Source: a candidate division WOR-3 bacterium | Lineage (GTDB): Bacteria; Hydrothermota; Hydrothermia; LBFQ01 | Assembly (NCBI GenBank): GCA_027050205.1 | Contig: JALUCS010000078.1 | Coordinates: 1 to 36,672, forward strand | Direction of reading: 5' to 3' | Length of the DNA: 36,672 bases | Part shown: piece after piece, positions 28,477 through 36,586 of the stretch | How the letters are laid out: each line of letters starts with the position of its first letter | Numbering within the stretch: the first letter of the stretch is position 1 | Notes under the pieces: generated by a model | Database searches by the model: none | The model's input: only the letters and a program-made list of their open reading frames with translations | Told to the model about the DNA's origin: nothing | Program-made: the position numbers and the translations under genes

Positions 28477-29405
28477 TACGGGAGGATCACCGTACCGGCC
28501 TCTCCCCTCTCGGCCTCGGTCAGGTACTCCGGTGAGGTTATAACTACCCGCTTACCTCCACCCCTTAGGAAGTCTATGGCCGCCTCAACCTTGGGGAGCA
28601 TACTGCCGGGAGCGAAGTGGCCTTCCTTGGCGTACCTCTCAAGCTCCTCTACCCGTACCTTCCGCAACGGTTTCTGGGAGGGTTTGCCGTAGTTTATATA
28701 GACGTAGGGAACCTGCGTCAGTATGTAGAGGGCATCCGCCCCGATCTCCTTGGCAAGGAGGGCGCTCGCCCTGTCCTTGTCTATGACGGCGGAGACGCCG
28801 GAGAACTTACCGTCCACCGGTACCCCACCCCCTCCGACGGCTATAACTATCACCCCTACCTCCGCGAGGGCGCCCACTATCCGGGAGTTGAGGACCTTCA
28901 AAGGCCGCGGGGAACCGACGACGAGCCTCCACCCCCTGTTGGCGTCCTCTTTAGACTGTAGGCCGGTCAGGATGGAAAGCTCTTGGGCCTTCTCGCGGGA
29001 GAGGAACTCCCCGATGGGTTTCTCCGGATTCTTGAGGGCGGGGTCGGAGGGGGAAACCTCAACCAAGGTCACTAGGGTGGCGATCTCCCTATCCAGCCTC
29101 AACTCCCTTAGGACCTTCCTAAGGGCCTGCTCAAGGATGTAGCCTATCCATCCCTGGGTGGAGGCCGTAAGGGCGTGCAGGGGGTACATCGGGTAGCGGT
29201 CCCTCGTAAGGAAGTGCCTCATGAACTCCATCCCCACCTGCGGCCCGTTGCCGTGGGTTATCACCACCTTCCTGTCGGGGGAGAAGAAGCCCGCCTCCGC
29301 CAGCCTACGGAAAGTTAGAAGGGCGTTCTCGTAGTGGGTCTCGTAGTCAAACCCTTCCCCCTTCCTCCGGAGGGCGTTTCCTCCGAGGGCGACTACGACC
29401 TTCAT
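28476..29405 (-). CDS. arcC: Carbamate kinase
   Basis: VVALGGNAL, THGNGPQVG, GGGGVPV, AVIDKD and FAPGSMLPKVEAA motifs. Confidence 0.95.
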   Translation of the reverse strand: MKVVVALGGNALRRKGEGFDYETHYENALLTFRRLAEAGFFSPDRKVVITHGNGPQVGMEFMRHFLTRDRYPMYPLHALTASTQGWIGYILEQALRKVLRELRLDREIATLVTLVEVSPSDPALKNPEKPIGEFLSREKAQELSILTGLQSKEDANRGWRLVVGSPRPLKVLNSRIVGALAEVGVIVIAVGGGGVPVDGKFSGVSAVIDKDRASALLAKEIGADALYILTQVPYVYINYGKPSQKPLRKVRVEELERYAKEGHFAPGSMLPKVEAAIDFLRGGGKRVVITSPEYLTEAERGEAGTVILP

Positions 29406-30187
29406 CTAACGTAGGCCAGACCTATTACGTGCCTGTCCCCGAAGAGGCCGAGCGGGTTGTAGGTGTACGCGAAGGTGAAGTTGCGGTAGTTTATGCCGAG
29501 GAGGAAGTACATTCCGGCTATCCTGTCCCGCCCGTACCCACCGTACAGGGAGGAGTAGTGGGAGTCGTACCCTACCTTGAAACGAAGGAGGGGGTACTCA
29601 AGGCCAAAGGCGAAGGAGACGGCCGGACCACCTACGGAGTAGTACGCCCCCTGGAGCTGGCCCACTACGTGGGAGTACCTGGCTTCTCCGCCGGCGTAGG
29701 CCCTGAAGGACGTCCGGGTACGGTAGGGGCCAACGGGTAAGACCTCGTACCCTACGCCGTCTATTACGGCGTATCCCTTCAGGTAGCCCCATTCCTTCCG
29801 TACGGACCTCTCGGCGGAGGCTACGGCGGCCAGCGCCACCCCCCTGAATTCTGGGGATAGGGAGACGTACCTCAAGGAAGGCCCCACCTTGAGATTGAAA
29901 CCCCTGATGGTCAAGGCGTAGAGTCCGTCCAAAGCGACGAAGTTGGCCGTGAATACCCCAAGGGAGTCCCCGTTCTCGTCCGTATGGGCCATCGTCCCGG
30001 AGGTGAAGAACTTCAACCTCATACCGTACCTGTTGTAGTTGCCGCCGAGCGACCCGCCGTAGGTGCCAGCGGCGTAGTTGAAGACAGACGAGTAGAAGGT
30101 GTAGTCCGGGAAGGCCCTCCCCTCTATCTCCCACGGGGAGTAGCCGAAGTTAAAGACGTCGTAAGCGTAGCCTATTAAGAGGAGCAT
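29402..30187 (-). CDS. Outer-membrane beta-barrel, PorV/PorQ-like
   Basis: Alternating aromatic beta-strands, a TDENGDSLGVF loop and a C-terminal FAYTYNPLGLFGDRHVIGLAY strand. Confidence 0.55.
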   Translation of the reverse strand: MLLLIGYAYDVFNFGYSPWEIEGRAFPDYTFYSSVFNYAAGTYGGSLGGNYNRYGMRLKFFTSGTMAHTDENGDSLGVFTANFVALDGLYALTIRGFNLKVGPSLRYVSLSPEFRGVALAAVASAERSVRKEWGYLKGYAVIDGVGYEVLPVGPYRTRTSFRAYAGGEARYSHVVGQLQGAYYSVGGPAVSFAFGLEYPLLRFKVGYDSHYSSLYGGYGRDRIAGMYFLLGINYRNFTFAYTYNPLGLFGDRHVIGLAYVR

Positions 30188-30196
30188 GAGCGTATT

Positions 30197-30631
30197 CTAA
30201 CGGGGTTGCGAACTCACTTTCGTCAGACCTACGGTCGTCCAGTCCCCCTCCTTTCCTATGAGGACGGTTACGCCGTTCTTCCACGAGAGGAAGATCCCGT
30301 CCTCTTGGGTGGCCTTTACGGCGGGGTCGCCGAACTTCCCGATGTAGTACTCCATCACCTTCTGGGGGGAGTCCTTCGTCCTCATAGCCACGGCCTTGTT
30401 GCCCAGGTTCTCGTAGGTGGCGTCCACCTTGGCCCCCGGATAGAGCATATCCTTCATTTCTCCCCCCACCTCCACGCTCTCGCCGTTCCCCACATTCACC
30501 TTAACCCCCGTCTGGGTCTCTATGGCTTTCTTGGCGACCTCCTCCGTAACCTTCTCCGCCACCTTCTGCTGGCACCCTCCGGGCATGCAGGAGAGCGACA
30601 AAAGGGTAAGTAAAACGAACATCCGCCTCAT
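30197..30631 (-). CDS. Hypothetical lipoprotein
   Basis: Start moved to ATG 30631, 7 nt after TAGAAT; MRRMFVLLTLLSLS-C lipobox; YPGAKV...TKDSPQKVMEYY. Confidence 0.75.
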   Translation of the reverse strand: MRRMFVLLTLLSLSCMPGGCQQKVAEKVTEEVAKKAIETQTGVKVNVGNGESVEVGGEMKDMLYPGAKVDATYENLGNKAVAMRTKDSPQKVMEYYIGKFGDPAVKATQEDGIFLSWKNGVTVLIGKEGDWTTVGLTKVSSQPR

Positions 30632-30872
30632 CACCGTTATTCTAAGGAAGTTTTTGAACTTCCGCGTACCCCGAAGGTGCAACTCTTCGTAGGAGTCGGT
30701 GTATCCCCTAATGAAATCGGTATTCGCCGGGATACACTGCGGGTATCTCCAGTGATGATTTGCAACAGGTAAAGGACCTTTAGATGGTAGGTTATTGATC
30801 CCCATTTCAACAGTTTCGTGGAAAATTTTAACATTGACAACCATACACCGTTCGTGGGTACAATTCGTCGCT

Positions 30873-32300
30873 ATGTTGGGTATCCTGATAAGCACCTTTC
30901 TACCCCAGCGGTCGGCATACGTATCCTGGGAAGTCTTCAACGGTACCCCCCTCAATACCTCCGTCCAAACCCTTAGGGGGGACTTCTCCGGTGGGTGGAG
31001 CGTCAGATGGCGGCCACCCTTTACCAGCGACGGCTCCTACGAGGGCTACGGCCAGTTCAGCATAGCCGACGTGGATGGCGATGGCCACAACGAACTGGTG
31101 GGCAACTACAACGAGTACGTCGTCGTCCTCAACGGCACTACGGGGGCATTAGAATGGCAGTTCCGCAGGTCTATGCCCGTAATAAGGTCTCTGGCCATAG
31201 GCGACATAAACGGCGACTCTGCCAACGAGGTTATAACGGACGACGAGAGGCTCGGTCCCCGTCAGGTCGTGGCCCTAAGGGGTGTGGATGGTACCGTCCT
31301 GTGGAGGACGGACGTAAATGGGGCTATGTACTCCTCGCCAAAGATAGGCGACATAGACGGGGACGGTACAGCCGAGGTGGTGATAGGGACGGACGCCGGT
31401 ACGGTCTACGTCCTCAACGGCAACGATGGAAGCACAGACTGCACCTTCTCAACGGGAGGAGCGGTCAGGTCCACCGCCGCTCTGGCCAACGACCGGATAG
31501 CGATAGGGAGCTTTGACAGCACCGTCTACGTCCTTGACGGCACCTGCAACCTAGTATGGAGCTATAGGACGGGCGGCCGGGTGTGGTCCAGCCCCATCCT
31601 CGTTGACATCAACGGGGATACGATTAAGGACATCGTCGTAGGTAGCGGGGACGGCCACGTCTACGCCATCAACGGCTCCACGGGTATCCTCCTCTGGTCC
31701 TATGACCTCGGGTGCGAGGTCCGATCTGCCCCGGCTCTGGCCGACATAGATTGGGACGGAGATCTGGAGGTGGTGGCCGGAGATACCTGCGGCCATCTGG
31801 TCAGCCTCCGAGCCATAGACGGTACGGTGGATTGGGATACGACCCTACCCTACGGCATATACCCCTACGGCTCCATAGGTCTGGCGGATCTTCTCCCTTC
31901 CTCCTACGGGTTAGAGATCCTCGTCCTGACCGAGACCTCCTCCGCCTACTCCCACAACTACACCTTCCTTCTCTCCTCCGACGGTTCGGTTATCCGGACC
32001 TTCCCCAATTACGGGGACGGCTTCGCCCTCGGCGACGCGGACGACGACGGCTGTACGGAGGTCTATCTTGAGTGCGACGGCTGTAGCGATGGCAAGGACG
32101 TCCTCTACGACTCCTCTACGAACAACAGCAGTTGCGGCCCGGTGGGTGAGGGAGATGACCTCTCCGTCGGCGATGGCATAGGTACGGCCAAGGGTAAAGG
32201 GGACGGGGTGACCTACGACATCTCCGGTAGGAGGGTCTCCGGAGGTAAGGGTATCCGCTTCATCAGGAAAGGCGGGAGGTGGAGGAAGGTCATCCGCTGA
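30873..32300 (+). CDS. FG-GAP/PQQ-like beta-propeller secreted protein with short T9SS-like C-terminal domain
   Basis: Repeated SSP.I.DI(D/N)GDG..EVV.G...G.VY.LNG..G...W units; C-terminal YDISGRRV...RKVIR; start moved to ATG 30873. Confidence 0.85.
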   Translation: MLGILISTFLPQRSAYVSWEVFNGTPLNTSVQTLRGDFSGGWSVRWRPPFTSDGSYEGYGQFSIADVDGDGHNELVGNYNEYVVVLNGTTGALEWQFRRSMPVIRSLAIGDINGDSANEVITDDERLGPRQVVALRGVDGTVLWRTDVNGAMYSSPKIGDIDGDGTAEVVIGTDAGTVYVLNGNDGSTDCTFSTGGAVRSTAALANDRIAIGSFDSTVYVLDGTCNLVWSYRTGGRVWSSPILVDINGDTIKDIVVGSGDGHVYAINGSTGILLWSYDLGCEVRSAPALADIDWDGDLEVVAGDTCGHLVSLRAIDGTVDWDTTLPYGIYPYGSIGLADLLPSSYGLEILVLTETSSAYSHNYTFLLSSDGSVIRTFPNYGDGFALGDADDDGCTEVYLECDGCSDGKDVLYDSSTNNSSCGPVGEGDDLSVGDGIGTAKGKGDGVTYDISGRRVSGGKGIRFIRKGGRWRKVIR

Positions 32301-32322
32301 CGGCGTTATAATTCCGTCCTCC

Positions 32323-32395
32323 GCCACCCTAGCTCAACCGGTAGAGCGGCTGATTTGTAATCAGCAGGTTGGGGGTTCGAGTCCCCCGGGTGGCT
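32323..32395 (+). tRNA. tRNA-Thr (anticodon TGT); CCA not encoded
   Basis: Acceptor stem GCCACCC/GGGTGGC, D-arm GCTC..GGTA.GAGC, anticodon arm GCTGA-TTTGTAA-TCAGC and T-arm GGGGG-TTCGAGT-CCCCC; TATAAT upstream. Confidence 0.97.
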
Positions 32396-32416
32396 CTTCG
32401 GCGTTAGAATGGGGAT

Positions 32417-33010
32417 GTGAAGAGGTTGCTCCTCGTCGCCGCACTGGTGGGGATGGGGTGCGCCACCACCCAGGAGTTGGAGGAAAAGACGGTGGAGTAC
32501 GCCTTCTCTCCGGACTTCAACCTCAAGAGGATATACGTCCTCGCCGTAGTACCCTCCGTAGGGGCAGACACCTCCGATTCCCTCGCCAGGCAACTCCTCA
32601 AAGAGGTCTCCGGGAAGGTCTATCCCATCCTCGTAGGCGAGCTTATGAAGGTCCCGGCCTTTGACATCGTGGAGAGGAGGGACATAGACGAGATATTGGA
32701 GGAGTTGGAGTTCTCGCACTCCCCATACGTTATGAGGGAGAAGGCCCCCAAACTGGGTAGGCTGTTGGGGGCCGACCTCGTGGCCTATTTCACCGTACTG
32801 GACGTGGACCGAATAGTCTATCCCTTCGGGGATTCGGAGGTAGGTTGGAGGTACCGCCTGACGGGTTCCCTCAAGATAGTGAGCGTTGAGACGGGGAAGC
32901 TCCTCTATCAGGCCACAGCCACGGCCGAAGGTGCCGACCCCGTAGCCGTCGTATCGGAGGTGGTGAGGAAATGCGTCTATCCCCTCAAAGGGTTGAGGAT
33001 GGCGAAGTAG
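32417..33010 (+). CDS. CsgG/HfaB-like lipoprotein
   Basis: MKRLLLVAALVGMG-C lipobox; FDIVERRDIDEILEE, KLGRLLGAD and LKIVSVETGK motifs. Confidence 0.78.
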   Translation: MKRLLLVAALVGMGCATTQELEEKTVEYAFSPDFNLKRIYVLAVVPSVGADTSDSLARQLLKEVSGKVYPILVGELMKVPAFDIVERRDIDEILEELEFSHSPYVMREKAPKLGRLLGADLVAYFTVLDVDRIVYPFGDSEVGWRYRLTGSLKIVSVETGKLLYQATATAEGADPVAVVSEVVRKCVYPLKGLRMAK

Positions 33011-33957
33011 AGGAGGATGGCCACCACACCCAACACCGCCCCCACCTTGAGGTCGTACAGGAACCTTACGAGGAGGGAGAGGTGAAGGAGGAGGACGGGG
33101 ACGTACAGGGCGGGTGAGAACCTCACCCTTAAGCGGAGGATGGCCGGGAAGATGACGGGGGCGTGGGCGAAGATCATACTGAAGACGAAACCGAGGGTAA
33201 CGGTGTGGATACGGAGGTCGTAGGGGAGGTTCAGGATCCAGGCCACACCCCCAAGGAGTAGCCAGACGTACCCAAGGAGGAGGGTGATGGCGACGAAGCG
33301 GATGAGACCCCCAGCCCGGACGTTCCGTGTGGCGACGTCGTAGTACAGGAGCCAGACGGCCAGTAGGAGGTAAGAGAGGCCCACTACGGTGCCGGAGCCG
33401 AGGAGGACGCCTAAGACGGAGAGGGAGACGGGTACGTAGAAGGTCGGCACGACCCCCCTCTTGGGGATGAGGAGGATGGACAGCTCCAGCCTCTCACCGG
33501 CGATGGTCAGGACGAGGAAGAGGAGCCAGTAGTGGAGTACGTAGTTGATGGGGAAACCGAGGGCGTAGAGGAGGTTGCCGACGGCGAGGAGGAGCGCCCC
33601 CAGGCCCATCACCACCCACTGGGGCCTGTGGCCGTAGTTGAAGAGGAGATACGCGAAGACACCCACCACGACCACGGCCCCCACCGAGGCCAGGAGCATA
33701 AAGGTAGGGGAGTAGAAGGAGAGGATGGACCCAACGAAGAGGAGGGGAGGGGCGAGGTAGGACCACGCCCTCCTTATGGCAACGGCCCTCTCAAGGGCTA
33801 TCAGGCTCCCCAGAAACCCGACCACCATAACCTGGGCGTGGTGGAGGGCTACACCGGAACCCGGTAGGTCAAACCCCGCCCTTACGAGGGCGAGGTGAAG
33901 GCCCAGAAGCATAGACAGTACCGCCGCCGCGACGAAAGGAAAGTTAACCCTACTCAC
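32977..33957 (-). CDS. Polytopic membrane protein, NnrS-like (His-containing)
   Basis: H..VMV.GFLG.LIALERAVA, LTIAGERLELS and HTVTLGFVFSMIFAHAP motifs. Confidence 0.65.
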   Translation of the reverse strand: MSRVNFPFVAAAVLSMLLGLHLALVRAGFDLPGSGVALHHAQVMVVGFLGSLIALERAVAIRRAWSYLAPPLLFVGSILSFYSPTFMLLASVGAVVVVGVFAYLLFNYGHRPQWVVMGLGALLLAVGNLLYALGFPINYVLHYWLLFLVLTIAGERLELSILLIPKRGVVPTFYVPVSLSVLGVLLGSGTVVGLSYLLLAVWLLYYDVATRNVRAGGLIRFVAITLLLGYVWLLLGGVAWILNLPYDLRIHTVTLGFVFSMIFAHAPVIFPAILRLRVRFSPALYVPVLLLHLSLLVRFLYDLKVGAVLGVVAILLYFAILNPLRG

Positions 33958-33986
33958 GAAGTCAGGATTCTAAGCACGGAGGACGG

Positions 33987-34012
33987 TTCAGGCCCCCGAC
34001 CGGGGGCCTGAA
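33987..34012. terminator. Strong hairpin downstream of the S41 protease gene
   Basis: TTCAGGCCCCC-GACC-GGGGGCCTGAA, 11-bp stem with no U tract. Confidence 0.55.
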
Positions 34013-34018
34013 GTTGAG

Positions 34019-35563
34019 TCACTTCTTTATCCGGAAGAGGTCCTCCGTCCTCTTCGCCTTTTTAAGGACGTCCATAGCCCGTTTGAAGACGGGATCGTAC
34101 TTGAGGAAGACCCTGTACCTACCCTTCTCTCCGAAGTACTGGTAGGCGATCTCGGAAAGGAGGAGACGCTTGAAGTCCTCCTTGGCCTCATCAAAGCGGC
34201 AGTCGGAGAACTCCAGGTCGGCCTTACGGAGGGCCTTTTTGAAGTCCTCCAGATCCCTGTCCGTCAGGACTATGTCCTCCGGACGCTTGGGCTTCCTGTG
34301 GGTGCTGGTGTACTTCGTAGCCCAGTTGGAGATCACTCCCTTGGCCTCCGCCTTCTGTACGAGTCTCGGCAGAACGTGGGGTTTGACGTAGATGTCGGGG
34401 GCTATACCTCCCCCACCCTTTATCGGCCGTTTCAGTATCTTGGTGAAGTAGGTGTTGGTGTCCTTCTCTATATCGCCGAGCTTACCCTTGTGAATGGAGC
34501 GACCGGAGGGGGTGTGGTAGCGGGCTATGGTCAGACGCAACGTGTAGTCGTGGGGGAGGGTGAAGATCCGCTGGACCGTCCCCTTACCGAAGCTGGTGTC
34601 CCCCACTATCAAGGCCCTGTCCCAGTCCTGTAAGGCCCCCGCCACTATCTCCGAGGCGCTGGCCGAACCGCCGTCTATCAGGACCACCACCGGGGCATCC
34701 TCCGGGAAGACCATATCCCCCTCGCTGTAGAACCTCTCCTTACTGTCGGGAATCCTCCCCTCGGTATATACCACCAACTTACCCTCACCGAGGAAGTACC
34801 CCCCTATAAGGAAGGCCTGCCTCAAGAGTCCTCCGGGGTTCCCACGGAGGTCAAGGATGATCTTCTTCGCTCCCCTGTTTTTGAGAGCCACGAGGGCTTC
34901 GCGCACCTTGTCGGCCGCATCCTCCTGGAAGGAGTTCAACTTGACGTAGCCGACCCCGTCGCCAAAGAGGCCGTAGTAGGGGACGGCCTTGAGGACGATC
35001 TTATCTCTCGTTATGACGAAGGTGAGGGTGTCGTTTATGGCGGGGCGATATACCGTCACCTTCACCTTGGTACCCCTCGGCCCCCGGAGGTGCTTGGAGA
35101 CCTTATCCACCTTCCAACCCAGTACGGAGGTGTCGTTTATCCGGATAATCCGGTCGCCGGGCTTGAGACCTGCTCTCCAAGCCGGCGTACCCTCAAAGGG
35201 TGAGATGACTACGACGAAACCGTTCCTCTCGCCGATGGTCATACCTACCCCCTCGTAGGAGCCTTCGGTACTCTCCATCAGCCTCTTGGTCTCCTCCGGT
35301 GTTAAGAGGTCGGAGTGGGCGTCAAGGGAGAGCCGAACCATCCCCTTGGCGGCGTTCTCAAGGAGTTTGGTGGGTTTCACCTCAACGACGTAGTACTTCT
35401 TGATGGTGTTCAGGGCGGCCACAAGGACGTCCGTCATCTCGCTGAAGGTCAGACTTCCCTCCCCCTCCCTGGAGCTTTGGGCGAAGAGGGTCAGGCCGTA
35501 CCCGAAGGAGGTACCGAGTACGAAGGCCATCACCAACAGTAAAAAGGTCTTAAACCGTCCCAT
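34019..35563 (-). CDS. ctpA: S41 carboxyl-terminal processing protease with PDZ domain
   Basis: GVGM PDZ motif, LDLRGNPGGLL, SASASEIVAGALQD and SFGKGTVQ. Confidence 0.93.
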   Translation of the reverse strand: MGRFKTFLLLVMAFVLGTSFGYGLTLFAQSSREGEGSLTFSEMTDVLVAALNTIKKYYVVEVKPTKLLENAAKGMVRLSLDAHSDLLTPEETKRLMESTEGSYEGVGMTIGERNGFVVVISPFEGTPAWRAGLKPGDRIIRINDTSVLGWKVDKVSKHLRGPRGTKVKVTVYRPAINDTLTFVITRDKIVLKAVPYYGLFGDGVGYVKLNSFQEDAADKVREALVALKNRGAKKIILDLRGNPGGLLRQAFLIGGYFLGEGKLVVYTEGRIPDSKERFYSEGDMVFPEDAPVVVLIDGGSASASEIVAGALQDWDRALIVGDTSFGKGTVQRIFTLPHDYTLRLTIARYHTPSGRSIHKGKLGDIEKDTNTYFTKILKRPIKGGGGIAPDIYVKPHVLPRLVQKAEAKGVISNWATKYTSTHRKPKRPEDIVLTDRDLEDFKKALRKADLEFSDCRFDEAKEDFKRLLLSEIAYQYFGEKGRYRVFLKYDPVFKRAMDVLKKAKRTEDLFRIKK

Positions 35564-35596
35564 AGGCGGCCATTTTACCGTCGTAAGGTAGGGCCT

Positions 35597-36376
35597 TCAA
35601 CTGGATGCGCTGGTGTAGTACCTTAGGGCGAACCTCCAGAAGAGCCTTGAGAGTAGGAAGAAGATCGCCGCCATCACCACACCTAAGGCCACGTAGAAGG
35701 GGGTACCCTTACCGAGGAAGGTCTCGGCGGGGACCGTCGTTAGGAAGGCGACGGGTACTACGAAGGTCATAAAGAATCGGTAGAGGACGGGGTAAGCCGT
35801 CATCGGGAACCTGCCGCCCTCAACCACGGCCTTGAGGACGTAGGTGACGTTGTAGATCTTCACGAACCAGATGCTCAAGGTACCCAGCATAAACCACAGG
35901 CTGTAGAGGATGAGGAGGCCGGAGAGCAGCGGAACGAGACCGTAGATGAGGGTAACGTAGGGGATGCCGGCCGATTTGACACCGTAGATGATGAGGGCCA
36001 ACCCCATAAGGATGCTCGGTACCCCCCAAAGGGAGACGTAGCGGGTTGAGAGCCAGAACTGGCTGTCTATGGGCTTGAGGAGGATGAAATCAAGGGTGCC
36101 GTTCTGTACATGCTCAACTATGCGGTTGAGGTTGGGGTTGAGGACGCTCTGGGAGAAGCCCTCAACTACGGTAAAGACGCCAAGGATTACGACGACGTCG
36201 TTCCACGCCCACCCACCGAGCGTACCACCGTCCCGGTAGAAGAAGGATAGGGTGAAGAGGCCCCCGACCGCGTTCCCAACGCTGGTCAGGGCGGATAGGA
36301 CGAAGTTCAGCCTGTACTCCATCTCCGCCATAACGGACGTCTGCCAGAACAGGAACAGGAGCCTTAGGTACCTCAA
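35597..36376 (-). CDS. ABC-2 family permease (DUF990-like)
   Basis: MEYRLNF, GTLDFILLKPIDSQF and GRFP..YP motifs; start moved to TTG 36376, 7 nt after TACAAT. Confidence 0.85.
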   Translation of the reverse strand: MRYLRLLFLFWQTSVMAEMEYRLNFVLSALTSVGNAVGGLFTLSFFYRDGGTLGGWAWNDVVVILGVFTVVEGFSQSVLNPNLNRIVEHVQNGTLDFILLKPIDSQFWLSTRYVSLWGVPSILMGLALIIYGVKSAGIPYVTLIYGLVPLLSGLLILYSLWFMLGTLSIWFVKIYNVTYVLKAVVEGGRFPMTAYPVLYRFFMTFVVPVAFLTTVPAETFLGKGTPFYVALGVVMAAIFFLLSRLFWRFALRYYTSASS

Positions 36377-36586
36377 ACTCCCGATTGTACGGGGGATAGG
36401 TGAGAGGAACGGCACTTTATATTTCCCAGAGGCTGATCCAACCTTCCACAGGGGGCCGTTAAAACGTAAGGTTTCTCGTATTGCGGGTCTCAAATTGGGC
36501 TACAGGGATGCCGTTGGAATCCCAAGTGAATGGGACATCGTGGGAGATACCCATAGAATTGTGTAATGGGAAAAGGAGGTAGAAAG

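Noticed and set aside
32323..32395. tRNA-Thr as an integration site
   Set aside because: No duplicated tRNA 3' end or integrase in the window, and the flanking genes look native.
4824..36493. Longest-ORF N-terminal extensions (4824, 8855, 14489, 23650, 30795, 30955, 36493)
   Set aside because: They run across promoters or neighbouring genes; internal starts fit the -10 pattern, signal peptides and family lengths.
1543..36566. Many long antisense or alternate-frame ORFs (e.g. 7450-8322, 13437-14429, 25119-26261)
   Set aside because: Shadows of GC-rich genes with strong codon bias; they overlap well-supported CDSs and show no motifs.
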